A stretch of 34,124 nt of DNA from Intoshia linei. Taxonomy: Eukaryota > Animalia > Orthonectida. Position 1 is the first letter of the stretch, and every line of letters begins with the position of its first letter. The notes below the pieces were generated by a model. That model was given only the letters and a program-made list of their open reading frames with translations. It was not told the DNA's origin and did not search any database. The position numbers and the translations under genes were made by a program. The stretch spans positions 1-34,124 of the forward strand of contig LWCA01000285.1 of assembly GCA_001642005.1 (NCBI GenBank). The letters are read 5' to 3'. Shown in pieces: positions 10,001 to 21,931 of this stretch.

Positions 10001-13000
10001 CCGTTATATAAATTGAAACTATAGATTTATTTACTAGGCAAATTTAAATATGCCAGTTATATGTATTTAAATTTTAAATTGATTTAAACATTTATGCAAA
10101 TATTTCGCTTACAAGTGATTGTCAAGTGAATAATTTTTTCTGAATTTCACTCTGAATATATAATGTACTGTTTAAGTTGTAAATTGTGTTCATATTTACA
10201 AATTATTAATTAAATTAATTTAACAATTATTAAAAAATTTAACACTCGAAAATATTAAATATTTTATTTTTTTTATAAAACTATCAACTCAGGCTTTGGC
10301 CGAATAGTTCAAGTTGGATAGTCGCCACTGATTATTACATTATACTTGTGAATCAATTTTTTTAACTAGGTTAATATTTAACCTTCCCAAATAGAATTAT
10401 TGAAATTAACAATATATTTTTTTACATTTGTTTTTTATTTTTTTTCGTCACATTCGTATTTCCTGTTTCATTTATCAAATCATTCAATATATCATAATCA
10501 CATATTTTGAGCTTTACCTAATATTAAACTACAGTAACCTTTGTGTGGCGCACTATCAAAAGATCCTAAAAATAAACTTCGTAACTAAACTAAATATACT
10601 AAATTAAATTGGATAAAAAAATATTCTCTGGTGTGAACACCATAGAATATTTCTAATCTTTTTGTAATATGGTTTGTAGGTATAATATGGTATCTTAATA
10701 TTTCAGTTTTAACTTAGGTCTGTAGTCTAAATTAAATGAACTAGTTAATGAATTATGTAATTAAAACGAAAACAAAATAAATACGATCTTTTGAATGGAC
10801 ACGCCTTTGTGTATATATTAGTATAGTATAATATTATAGAATTTACCAATACTTAAGGAAAAAAATCTACTTTTACCAAATCATTCGGATACTAATATTT
10901 AGTTTATAAAATGTAATTAAATTATTTTATTTAAATTGAATATCAAGTTTATTTACATGTAATGCCAATGTTATAAAAATATAAAGTTGCCAGATTTTAT
11001 TTATTTAAAATCGATCATTTTGAAATTTTTGTTTTCGATGTGTACAGTAGGGCTGTTCGTTTTTTCCAAAAATTGATTTTTGTTGAAAATACCCTATATC
11101 ATGCTGAAGAGGGTACTTAAAAACCCCTAAAAATTTTGAAAAAAATTTACCATAAAAACATAAAGCGGTTTTCCTTTTTAAGGTTTTAGCGCGCTTTTTC
11201 CCCTTTTTCTTAATTGGTGCCAATGATTTTATTTTAAACATGGATACGATTAATGTACGACCCACTAAGACATACCAAATTTGAAGTGAAAAAATAAAAT
11301 ATTTAACCTCACAGGGCGTTTTTTCCATAAAAAGGGGTTTTTGTAATGTTGGTCAAATATAAAAATTCCAAAATTTATAATTATCAAAAACTTATTTTAA
11401 CTGTCAAAATTTGAGTGTGTCATTATGAAATTCAGTTATTTACGTTTTAAATACATTTTAATAAAAAAAAGTAATATGAACTCTCTAGAAGCCGAGCTAA
11501 AAAATTGAACTGTGCTTATTTTAATCGATTAATGTTTATAAGAATTGTATGACGATACGTAAAATGTGATGCAGATTCGTGACAGGTGAGTGTAGTTTTT
11601 TTTGTATTATTAGTTTCTGCGTTTTAATTAATTAAAATCAGAAAAAATAACGAAAATACTTTATCTTCAAAAAATAATAATTAATCATAGAAACAATTAT
11701 TATTGGTGTTGAAATTTAAAGTAATTTATGATTGAAACGAATAATTCTGTCATTATAAAAGTGAAATTTTAGTTTATTAATTAAGCAATAATTATTTAAT
11801 CTTTAACAACCTCTTAATGTTCACTATAATAATCTGACCAAATGATCAAGCATTCATTTAATGTTGTTTCTCTCAATTTTAAGTTATTGAAGAATTATAA
11901 ATCTTATATTTGTTTATTCATCAACTTGTTAAAAGTACTAATCGTGTAATTTTAACAATTATCTTGTTTTATTTAGTTTTTCCATTTATATTTGTCATTG
12001 ATTTTCGTTAATTATATTAATCATTTTATTTCAGTAATATGGAAGTGAGGCTCAATATGCATGCCGACTGATAATATGTAAAATTATGTTGATTAAATTT
12101 CAATATGAAACTAAAATTTTTTAACTGTAAAAAATAATCTAAAATTTAGATTCTAAATGTATAATATATGTAACCAAATGAATTATAATATTACGCTAGT
12201 TATCGACTAAATTTTTAAAAATAAACATCGCCTATTATATAGTATTTTAAAGTTATTAATTGACTTCCGCTTAATGTTTTTTGATAATTGAGAATTTTTA
12301 ATAACGGTATATTATTTTTCACATATCAAAGCATACTCTCTGCTCATGTGCTAATTTTTTTTTTGAACAGCCCTAGTGTACAGTTGTTTAGCGTTGAGGT
12401 TAAAAATGGAGGTGATAAAGCGTTAAAATCACAAAATAAATAAAAATTGTTAACGTAAAACTGAAAATTTAATTTAATTTTTAGTTAAATTGATCAAAAT
12501 ATAAATGTTTCCATTATTAAATTATTCAAAAATAGATACATAAATGTATAATGAAATTTTAAAAATATTTATAATTTATAAATCATAAAGGGTGAGTCAT
12601 AGGATGAGACGAACTGCTACTCCAAAATAATTTATGGCACCCCTAGGGGGTACCAGTACCCCCATTTGAGAACTGCTGTATTAGACTAATAATTAGTGTA
12701 AGAGTAATAATTAGTCCGATATTTATTAATTATAATTAAATCGTAAAATTCAAATTGAATTGTGGACGTGTGGCGAGAATCTAAAAGTTGATTTAGATAG
12801 TGTGGCTATAAATACGTATTTTCTACGTATAAAATACGGCCACACTAATTTAGACTAAAAGTGATATAAATATTACCTTATTATTATTAAATATAATAAT
12901 ATTTTTGAATGTGATGTTATCATGTGTAACGTTTTCATTGTGCAAATAATTGACGGCATCAATCAATTCATCGCACATGCGATAAACTGTGGTAAGATTA

Positions 13001-14822
13001 AAGTTTTTACAATTAAAAAAATATAATTTTATATTGTGGTAGCCCAGTTCATATATCTAAAAAAATATTAAAGTTAATCACTATTACAGTCAGATTTAAG
13101 TTTTCTGAATATCCCATAATTCGAACATTGACTGTCTCAACACATTTCGAAATATTTTTATAATAGCATCATAGAAAAATCCTATTTCAATTTGAACATT
13201 GTACGGAAAATATTTTAAATGCCAAGACAATTCAATTATATTATCATTTGATAGCGTGATTTTTCATTTTTTATATTGTAAGTATGAACAATAAACGAAA
13301 AAAAGTAGACTTAAATTTAAGGGAAAAAAGAGATGTCATTTGTGTCTAAGATCAGAATCCACATTATTCACAATGTGACCGGGCAATTCAATTTCTAAAT
13401 GGATATGGAAATAAATACTTAAATTTCCAAAAAAACTACTAAAATTTATACTTTAATGTATACTATGTTAATAAATATTTAAAAGCATGCATATTAAATT
13501 AAAATTATATTATATATATGTATATATCATCTGACACACACAAAAAAAAGTTCTCCATTTTTATATAAGATTTATTAATGATTTATCTGAATTGTGTTCA
13601 AAATTGCAAACTGAACTTTTTTTAAAAATTATCCCGACTGTTCAGATTACGCAGATCTGACAGTATACTGTTACCAAATGTCAATAATATTATTATTGTA
13701 TTATAATATACATGTATTATGTATATACTATAGTAGTATAATTGAAAATTTTGACTCTTTCATGCCTATTTAATTTAAGGCGATTTTAAAAAAATTGTTC
13801 ATAAAAAATGTATTATATTCATTTGTGTGTTATGAACTAATATGATGAAGTTATATACTTTGTACAAACAATATCTAGCCATCTCAAGGGCGTTCGTGGA
13901 CTTTATTTATTTTAACAAAAAATTAAATTTAATATAAAATATTACATACTCATCTCACCAATTGTCAACGTTGTTACTGTTGAAATTACCGATCCCTGGT
14001 AAAAAAAGTTTGGGAACCTCTGTTCTAAAGGGTTGGTAAAAGTGAATTAAATATAATTTTTGAGTAAAATTGTATTTGTTTACTTCTTCAAGCTAAGCTA
14101 CTATTTCTACAAATTACATAATTGTCAAGCTAGTATCTGTATAAAAGTGTATATCGCTGTTTCTATATAACATTAAATAAACCAAATCGATATATTTCAT
14201 GAACCGAACCATGATCCCTTGTAACATGATTATTCCATTGTGTTGAATACTGATTCTTTTACTCAATAATTTCCCAGTTTTATTTTTTCTCAAATAGTCC
14301 ATATTAAACCTACCGTACACTCGTTTAACATACACCAACCTCTAAATTACAGTAAAGTAAAAAGTTATTGTCAAATTATTATTTTAACATACTCATTTCC
14401 AAAATGTGACATTCATGACTGAATATTCGAAACTATTTTCACTATTACAAAATAAATTAAATCTATAAAGAGAACATAAAGTGATACATAAAATAATGAA
14501 AATAGGGGCAACAATAATTTACGATGTCCCTGTAAAAAATTAAAATTAATTTTTACAATTTGTCATCGATTAAGTAAAAGGAGTTATTACTTTCTGAGGA
14601 GGTTCAGCTTTATTATTCATGAATCATGAATGTACTCTACATGTTCAAATTTGGAAAAGAATGTACTAATTTGTAATATGGACATACCTTTGTATCTATA
14701 CATGCTGTATAATACGACATGTAGAAACTTTCTTTTATAGTTTGAATAATTCTGTAATCATCTTGTTTAATTAAAAATTTTGCCAGTTTCGCGTTGGAGG
14801 AAAAATTTAACAGATTCAGCAT
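7004..14822 (-). CDS. Highly diverged protein-kinase-fold protein (predicted pseudokinase), ~346 aa; exons 14822-14688, 14341-14210 (or 14183), 8340-8236, 8099-8007, 7971-7865, 7634-7525, 7483-7370, 7329-7290, 7245-7209, 7171-7004
   Basis: The seven exons from 8099 to 7004 join in frame through GT-AG introns of 35, 230, 41, 40, 44 and 37 nt. Translation DDYRIIQTIKESFYMSYYTACIDTK|RLVYVKRV...SIQHNGIIMLQGIM|MTKPQLCTDQHYEYITKNFL...NYQL|LEIINIIEQLSLYFISVNNSTIKF...|PFIQFCYF...YKPKADDHGIF follows kinase subdomain I-IX spacing. The 5.9-kb intron link and one GT-AA junction are inferred. Confidence 0.6.
9012..9043. repeat. Pentanucleotide microsatellite (TAACG/TAACC)n
   Basis: cctaacgtaacgtaacgtaacctaacgtaa. 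Confidence 0.8.
9865..10330. mobile_element. hAT-type MITE
   Basis: Perfect 11-bp TIR CAGTGGCGACT...AGTCGCCACTG. Flanks tagattac/attattac look like a degenerate 8-bp TSD. Confidence 0.8.
10547..10730 (+). mobile_element. PIF/Harbinger-like MITE family B, partial copy
   Basis: Starts GGCGCACTATCAAAAGATC. It is the reverse complement of 18921-19237 and 33541-33806. Confidence 0.7.
11048..12375. mobile_element. Non-autonomous hAT element (1328 bp)
   Basis: TIR TAGGGCTGTTC...GAACAGCCCTA with a perfect 8-bp TSD GTGTACAG (11040-11047 and 12376-12383). Confidence 0.93.
12798..12847. repeat. 50-bp palindromic mini-element; related copy near 15357-15396
   Basis: TAGTGTGGC...GCCACACTA arms surround TACGTATTTTCTACGTA. 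The same core occurs at 15363-15379. Confidence 0.6.
13087..13663 (+). mobile_element. Internally deleted pogo/Tigger-like (Tc1/mariner) element
   Basis: TA-flanked imperfect TIRs CAGTCAGATTTAAGTTTTCTGAATA / rc CTGTCAGATCTGCGTAATCTGAACA. At 13284 it reads MNNKRKKVDLNLREKRDVICV*DQNPHYSQCDRAIQF, a broken CENP-B/psq-type HTH. Confidence 0.8.
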
Positions 14823-16127
14823 GTTGAGTTTTCACTGATATAAGCTATATTTAGAATATATTTACATAGAAAAATCTTTATTGGATTAAATGTCAACATT
14901 TCAACTGTACACTTCGAAAATACAGATTTCAAAATAATCATTTTTTAAGCGAAGAATTTAATTTTATATCTGACAACTTTTGTCAGAACCCTCAATATCG
15001 CGATTATATTTCAATTTTATAACAAACTTATAAGAAAATTTCTCATTACCGCCACAATTAATTATATCTTTTATTTAAAGTCGTAAATATTTTAATTTAA
15101 ACTGTTTTTATAGAAATTATTAATCTAATTTTAATTTTAACCTACTAAACCTTAACAAGTTTACAAATAAATACATTAAAAAAAGCGTTTTTTGGATGAA
15201 TGAACTTCATCTTATCATTATTTACTATATAATTGCTTATTGATACATAGTAATCCTATCCATGAGCTATTCGTCACAACATTATACTCTTAATAACGCT
15301 AGATCCTCCATACCGCCATAAATATCGAAAAACCAAAATGGAGGTATTGAGACGTCTGACTGTACGTATTTTCTACGTATCAAAATGTCCACAGTACTGT
15401 TAATTAATTATTTACTTACTAATACTGTTAATTATACAGTAATTATACGTTACTGAAACCATTATCCTTCACTTACATGTATATATTGAATCTCTGCGTG
15501 TGTGCTAAAGTTTATTTAAAAAATTAGCATTCATCAAATATCAAAAACCCAATTTCTAATATTTTTTTTTGAGAGTAATACGGTACCACAAATTTGTTTT
15601 TCTGAAATTGAATTTTTCAGGGTCAAAAATCCAATTTACATTTTTTTTAAAAATAAAATTAGTCCTAAAATATAAACAAACATTGTGAACATTGTGCAGT
15701 GTTATATAGCTAGCCACCTCTCAAAGCCTCTTGATTAAAATTTAAAATTTAACACAAACATTTTATCTACGATTTCACTAAGTTATTTTCTTTACGAGTT
15801 AAAATTTTATATTCTTTACTTTGCGCAAGACGAGTTGATTAATTTACAAGAGTCCTTTGCGACATTGACATAAAAATGATGTTTTAATGTTCGTATTTTT
15901 AAATGTTATAGTTTCGTATTTTTTATATTTCAATGACGAATCGTATTATTTATTTTTAATTAATTACTTAATTAATTGTAATTTTAATTTTAATTAATCA
16001 AAATTATACTAAACTCGAATAAAACATTAATTAATAAGGATAAAATTTATTTATATACAATTTTCATTCATATAATTTTGTAGTTTAATATGAACTGATG
16101 TTTAATAAATATTAAGTGGCAAATCGT

Positions 16128-16195
16128 TTGACGCAAAAATGCGTCATTTAGTTTCAATGCATAAAATAGAAATGACGCATTAATGCGTCAATGGG
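16128..16195. mobile_element. Solo piggyBac-like terminus
   Basis: Two TGACGCA-N4-TGCGTCA palindromes, then ATGGG|TTAA. The partner end was not found. Confidence 0.5.
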
Positions 16196-16241
16196 TTAAC
16201 TAAAATAAAGTCAACGAGAAAATTCTTGACGAATATAGTAA

Positions 16242-16330
16242 ATCCTAACTTATATAATATGCTACGCGATTTTAGTCTGTGTTACGCTTTATTTAAATAA
16301 CTACCAGTCTTAGAATTTTTTAAAGATCAC
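16242..16330 (+). mobile_element. 5' terminal fragment of Helitron-like family A
   Basis: ATCCTAACTTATATAATATGCTACGCG...ATAACTACCAGTCTTAGAATTTT matches the family terminus. Confidence 0.7.
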
Positions 16331-16535
16331 TAGGTGTTGTTTGTACGTAGTACATAACAGTCAAGCTAGTCTATTTATATAACAAGTATGCATTTTAAAA
16401 AAATTCATTTATATTTGAAATAAACTAATTTTTCATAATATATTCAATTCAATTATTTAACTAGTTAAATAATAAAATATTATTTTACGCGCAATCATAT
16501 ATCCCTTAAGTGATTCTCCAATTAATGCATTTATT

Positions 16536-16749
16536 TAGTGCGACCAGAAGTACGACTTTTTAGATAAAGTACTACTTTTGGCACTGTTCCAAAGTCGTAC
16601 TTTCGACGTACTTTTCAAAACTAAATAAACTTATAAATTGAAATTTAACTTAAATGTTCATTTTTATATTGAAAAATTAATCAAAAATATATTTTGTTTT
16701 TAAGCAATAAAAGTACTACTTTTAGTACGACAAAAATATGGTCAGCCTA
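16536..16749. mobile_element. hAT-type MITE (TAGGGTGACCA-like ends) with AAGTACGACTTTT subterminal repeats
   Basis: Ends TAGTGCGACCA...TGGTCAGCCTA with a flanking ATTTATT duplication and repeated AAGTAC(G/T)ACTTTT motifs. Confidence 0.65.
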
Positions 16750-17698
16750 ATTTATTATTGAAATAAATAGTTGTCATAATTATAAATATTATATGCTGTA
16801 AAAATAAACTGCTTTACAGTAAAGATAATAATTGAGTAAAGTTATCTTTAGTGTACGCTAAGTTAGCGTCGCTAACATATAAAATAATTTTTGTAAATAT
16901 TAAATTTGAAAAAATGAGGCCACAATTTTCGGGTACGTTAAATTCGGCACTGCTGAGAGTATTAGATTTTTTCATTTTTCAAAAGAGGGGATTGTGAATA
17001 TGAGATACAATTTTCAGGTTGTAATTTATGATAATGCTCAGACTAAAAATTTAACACTGCTAATTTAAGAACAGATCCACAATATTTACTGTAAATTTTC
17101 ATTAATTACTTTTAGACATATAGATAGACTCAAGAAGATGGTGAGTAACTTTTACTCCATGTATGTAAGTATGATAATAATATTATTATTAATATCAAAA
17201 ATATTTTGTTATAAACTAATGAATTTACTCAGCAATTACATTTGTTCAGTAAATTGAACTCGCGTTAAATCAAATTCAGTTAGAACTAATGCATTTTATT
17301 TCATTAAAAACAATATTAAATTACCGGAAATTTCACTAAAAATGTATATTGTCGTAGAGTATCACTGTACAAAGTAGTTTATTAAATAAACCACTTTCGA
17401 TTTAATGATAGTTTAATGATTAGTAAATATATTTATTAAATTTATTAACATAATTTGTAAATACATTAGAAAAAACGTATATTTCATAAATTTGTTGGAA
17501 AGTGAACAATGGGCTAAATTAGAGACTAAATTTAAAGATTAAACAATTAAAATCGATATTTATATTTACTGATCCATAGAAAGAGAATCGATACATTTTA
17601 AAATATAATATTTAGTTAAAATAATTTATATACATAAAAAATAACATTTACATATCAATTTTTTAATACAAAATTTAATGTTTACATTTTGAATCTAA

Positions 17699-18835
17699 AT
17701 GGGTAACGTATGTACTTCCGTAGAAATAGATGAAACTGAAGAAAAAAGACTGGAAAATGTTTTAATTCAAGAAGCACGACACAAATACAACATAAATATT
17801 AGGTTTAATTGTTATATTCTATACATATAGAATATCTATATTACGGTATCACATTTTTTATTTAATATGCGATTAAAGTAAAACATGTTAATTTATACTG
17901 TGCGAATATTAGTACAAAACAAAAACCCTTAATAATGTATATATCAGATAATCCCACCACTTTAATATATAACATGATAGAAAAATTAATGTTGTCCCAC
18001 TTGGCCTTGTGATTAGAATCTTGTCCACCACCGTGGTTGTTTGAACACATGTACTTTATAAATTACATGCACTGACAACCAGTGCCATGGAGAGCTAGCT
18101 GTAGGCCCCTATAAAACTTTTATATTAAAATTGGGATATTAAAATTGAAATTGTCTAGTATATAATATATTTATAGACTCTATACATTGTTTAATCGATC
18201 GTTTATTGTCTAAAAATTAAAAATAATAATTTTAAATCGCATGGGTCATTATAATTTTGAAATACTTAAAAAATTTTCTAACGTTACATTAGTGTGAACA
18301 CTCTCGCACTCATGAACTGCATATACAGTTTGGAATGCAAATCCAAATCATTTGATTTAAAAAATTTACGAAAGTACTTTATTTATAAGAGATAAACAGT
18401 GCTTTTGGAGTAGTTGATTATGATAAATTTTAAAAATTCTACTCGTAAAAGATATTAACATTAATTTAATTTTTTAGTGCTTATAATGATGGAATTGATT
18501 TACACGTTATTGAAATATTAAATAAAAACGAAAAATTCCATTTTAAGGATATTGATTTTAATAAAATTGTTAATAATGTACAAAAAAGTAATGATTATGT
18601 GGATTCAGCATTGAAATTTACATATATGAATATTATAATTGGTTATTCAGGCAAAGACATGACATTCGAGATTAATCTATTCAAAAATTGTAAAATATTT
18701 TACATTCATTTATTTATGGTACAATTCTTATTTACAGTGGTACACTTTAAAAAATTAAGAGACCATAAAAAAATATATTCAGTTCGCGGTAGATATAATG
18801 TCCCAGATTTTATCTATCCTTCTAGATTAAATTAA
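17699..18835 (+). CDS. Small uncharacterised protein with N-terminal MGNVC acylation-type motif; probable exons 17699-17802, (17831-17845 optional), 18329-18373, 18478-18689, 18738-18835
   Basis: ATG-initiated exon MGNVCTSVEIDETEEKRLENVLIQEARHKYNINI ends at a phase-2 GT. Phase-compatible AG-flanked exons follow (LECKSKSFDLKNLR; AYNDGIDLHVIEILN...; ...RGRYNVPDFIYPSRLN*). Internal exon choice is ambiguous. Confidence 0.5.
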
Positions 18836-18920
18836 AATTCTTTCAATGGCCATAGTTGTTTCGATGCTACATATAAACCTATCATAAATAGTTAGCGTGT
18901 AAGTTCAAATGTTCGTAAAA

Positions 18921-19237
18921 TCAGATGATCGTAGTTTTTTGATCGTAAATCAAAAGATCGTATTTTATAATCGTAATTAATATTAATTTTAATGTATGAT
19001 AATATTTGATCGTAGATCTACAGACCCAAGTTAAAACTGATATATTAAGATACCATATTATACCTAAAAACCATATTACAAAAAAATAAAAATATTCTAT
19101 GGTGTTCACACCAGAAATATTTTTTTATCCAATTCAATTATAAATTCTAATATTATATATATTTTTTTATCTTATGATTTACGCTTATTTAATCTAGGAT
19201 TTGTGATATTATGATTTACAATCTTTTGATAGTGCGC
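18921..19237 (-). mobile_element. PIF/Harbinger-like MITE family B copy
   Basis: Colinear with 33541-33806. Ends ...CTTTTGATAGTGCGC and carries GATCGTA subrepeats. Confidence 0.75.
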
Positions 19238-19539
19238 TAATAGTTTGACACTATTTGTCATGCTAATTTCAGATTTTTCAACTATTTGAATATAATTTTA
19301 GTATGAATGTTAAATTATTTGATATGAAATGTTACTTCAAATAAGAGGAATATATAATCAAAATATAGAAGTTTAACTTTAGTGCTGTGTACCGGATTAA
19401 AGCGATTTTATACAAAAATCGTGAGTTCACAAATATATTTTTTTAACACGTGGTCCATGGTGAAAGTTTGGCACCACTGAATTAAACTCATTTTTATCAA
19501 AAATGTGATTGACGTCTACAAATGTATAGGACAATTATA

Positions 19540-20310
19540 ACACTTATATAAAATGCGACGCGATTTTTGTTTGTGTGTGTGTCTATGTGTGTTCAGCTTT
19601 ATATAAATAACTAATCAGCTTAGAATTTTTCAAAGACCACATTAAAATTGCGGGACGTATAATAAGATAAATTTCAACCGACAAATTTCACATCTTAAGG
19701 GTCAAAAACCCCTGTTGTCCCTCTTTTTGAAAATTAACGAATTGAAGAATTTAAAAAAATATAGATGCTGATGCGCATTTTAAAATCATAAACATTATCA
19801 TAAATTTAAATTTAAAAAAATTATACCTTCATGGCCAAAACCACAAATTACCTTCCTTTTTTTTTTAAAACAGCTCTAGAATTTAAAAAAATTTCAATCC
19901 AAATAAGTGACGACTTCACTGTCAAAAAACCATTTTTTTAATCATATATTTTTTTTCCGAAATATTTTATTAAAACAAAAAATATGAAATAAGTAACGAT
20001 CCGTAAATTTAAAAAAAAAAATTATTTTGATAGAGCTTATTCCAGTTGGTATAAATACAAACCCATAAATTTCAACCCCATAAATCTACGCATTCCTGGT
20101 AAAAAATAATTTTTAATTTATTATCAACCAATATTTTTCAAATATTTCGATTAAAATAAAAATGAAAATGCAAATTGATCCTACAATTTTAAAAATAAAG
20201 TGCAATTTGTAGTCTACACATTTCCAATTATAATAAAAATCTATATAATTCATTCCTTCGGAATTTTCCAAACATTTTTTATAATCTTCAAATTTTAACA
20301 CTACAGCAAT
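19540..20310 (+). mobile_element. Helitron-like family A, copy 2
   Basis: Reverse complement of 27230-28080 over most of its length. Confidence 0.75.
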
Positions 20311-20379
20311 GAATATATAAAATTAAATTTGTATTAATTGAGATGTTATTTTTTTATTAATAATTGTTACAAATATCTG

Positions 20380-20950
20380 CCGTAGTTTTAAAATAAATTT
20401 TTTAAATTTTTTGAAACTGAGTATTTGAGAATAAAAAAACTCCGAAGTAATAAATTATATAGATTTTCACCCATATTTCTTTATTGGAAATGTGTATACG
20501 TTAAGACGGGATTTTAAGACATAAAAAAATATGAATACAAATATGTACTAAAGTACTTTTTTGACCTTGAAGACGTCATTTATTCAGATTGAAATTTTTT
20601 TAAATTCTAGTGCTGTTTTCATTAAAAAAGAAGGGTAATTTGTGGTTTTGGCTCAGAAGATATCATTTTTATAAATTAAAATTATGATAATGTTTATAAC
20701 TTTACAATCCGTATTAGCGTATATATTTTTTTAATTTCTCCAACTTGTTTGATTTTCAAAAAGAGGGACAACTGTGGTTTTTGATGCGTAAGATGTGAAA
20801 TTGGGAGGTTAAAATTTATTTTGCGAACACCCCATGAAAAAACGGTTATTGAAATGTGCACTTTATAAAATTGTAAGACGGGTAGTTGTTTAAATAAAGT
20901 AGAACACACACAGAAACAAAAATTGCGTAGCATATTATATAAGTAAGGAT
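20380..20950 (-). mobile_element. Helitron-like family A, copy 3 (internal deletion)
   Basis: Colinear with 27230-28080 and ends CATATTATATAAGTAAGGAT. Confidence 0.75.
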
Positions 20951-21084
20951 AAGAAATATTTTGTCAGAAAAGGGAACTATTATCTTAAAGCAAATGGTTT
21001 ACAACTTTTAAGTGTTGTGAATCCTTAATAAAATTGTAATAAAAATGTTGGTGCATAATCAAACATAAAAATATTTAACTTCTC

Positions 21085-21109
21085 TCGACCTACCGGTTGG
21101 GAACCACTG
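21085..21109. mobile_element. Solo hAT Charlie/Buster-type terminus; similar ends at ~12660-12678, ~14005-14022, ~19462-19479
   Basis: GGTTGGGAACCACTG is the reverse complement of CAGTGGTTCCCAACC, a typical Buster/Charlie TIR. Confidence 0.55.
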
Positions 21110-21931
21110 TCTCAAAGTGAGCGACAATTATTAATAAAATTTTTGATTGAAATTAATCTAATTTAAAATAATTATTTTAATGTTGATTGTTAAATGTTGG
21201 AAATTTTAGCTTGATAAGTTTTGACAATTTTATTAATTTATGATAGCATATGACATAAAGAAATTATCATTTGTTCTTCACCATATTGAATTCTTTTTCA
21301 TTGTTTATTTTAATATTAACAAGAGTTGAAAATCCTTTATTTATAATTTAAAATCCTTTAAAATTTATTTTAAATGTCTCAGCGCGCATTTGTGCACGCT
21401 ACTGCATCTATTGAGGATCACTTCTTTAAATATTAAGACTTAATATTAATATTCATTTATATTGGTGATGTCCTCATTTCTGGTTGAGTTTAAAATGTTA
21501 ATATGTATTCAATTTGATTTACATCTAATTGAGCTTAACTGTAATTAAATTTTTTTAAATTTATCTGCTTCAGATTAAAATGATATTAAATGAGTAAAAT
21601 TTATTAGTATTCTATCATCATTTAATTCACTATTTAATTGTTCCATGAAAATATTTAATATTATTACACGTACTATCAATAACTAAAGTAACTTTGCTGA
21701 TGAATTGGTGAAAGGTTTTGAACGCCTTGTCTAATCCATATTCAGATTTTTGTTATTATATTATATTCATTACATATTATTGCTTTAATTTCATTTGATT
21801 GTCTTTGGAGTTACTATGATTTGTTATCTTATCATTATTACTTTTATGAAGGATTCTTTTGTTTCAATAAAAATTAGAACCTTATTCTATGATCATATTG
21901 TATAAACGCTTCATAAAACAAAACTGTTGTA

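Noticed and set aside
11005-11328. Short ORFs at 106-519, 559-744, 11005-11328, 18921-19109, 20113-20301, 20694-20933, 33773-34042
   Set aside because: They lie within repeats or transposon relics, or antisense to them, with no protein-family signal.
14343-14687. Extra exons, including an in-frame TGA at a donor (FWK-TGA|GT) suggesting selenocysteine
   Set aside because: Direct splicing of 14688 to 14341 gives the correct kinase beta2-beta3 spacing. The candidate internal exons I tested introduce stops or shift the frame, and no SECIS is evident.
16536-16749. CRISPR-like or other regularly spaced array
   Set aside because: Repeats are short, irregular and in both orientations between TIRs, i.e. 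MITE subterminal motifs. No cas genes, and the context is eukaryotic.
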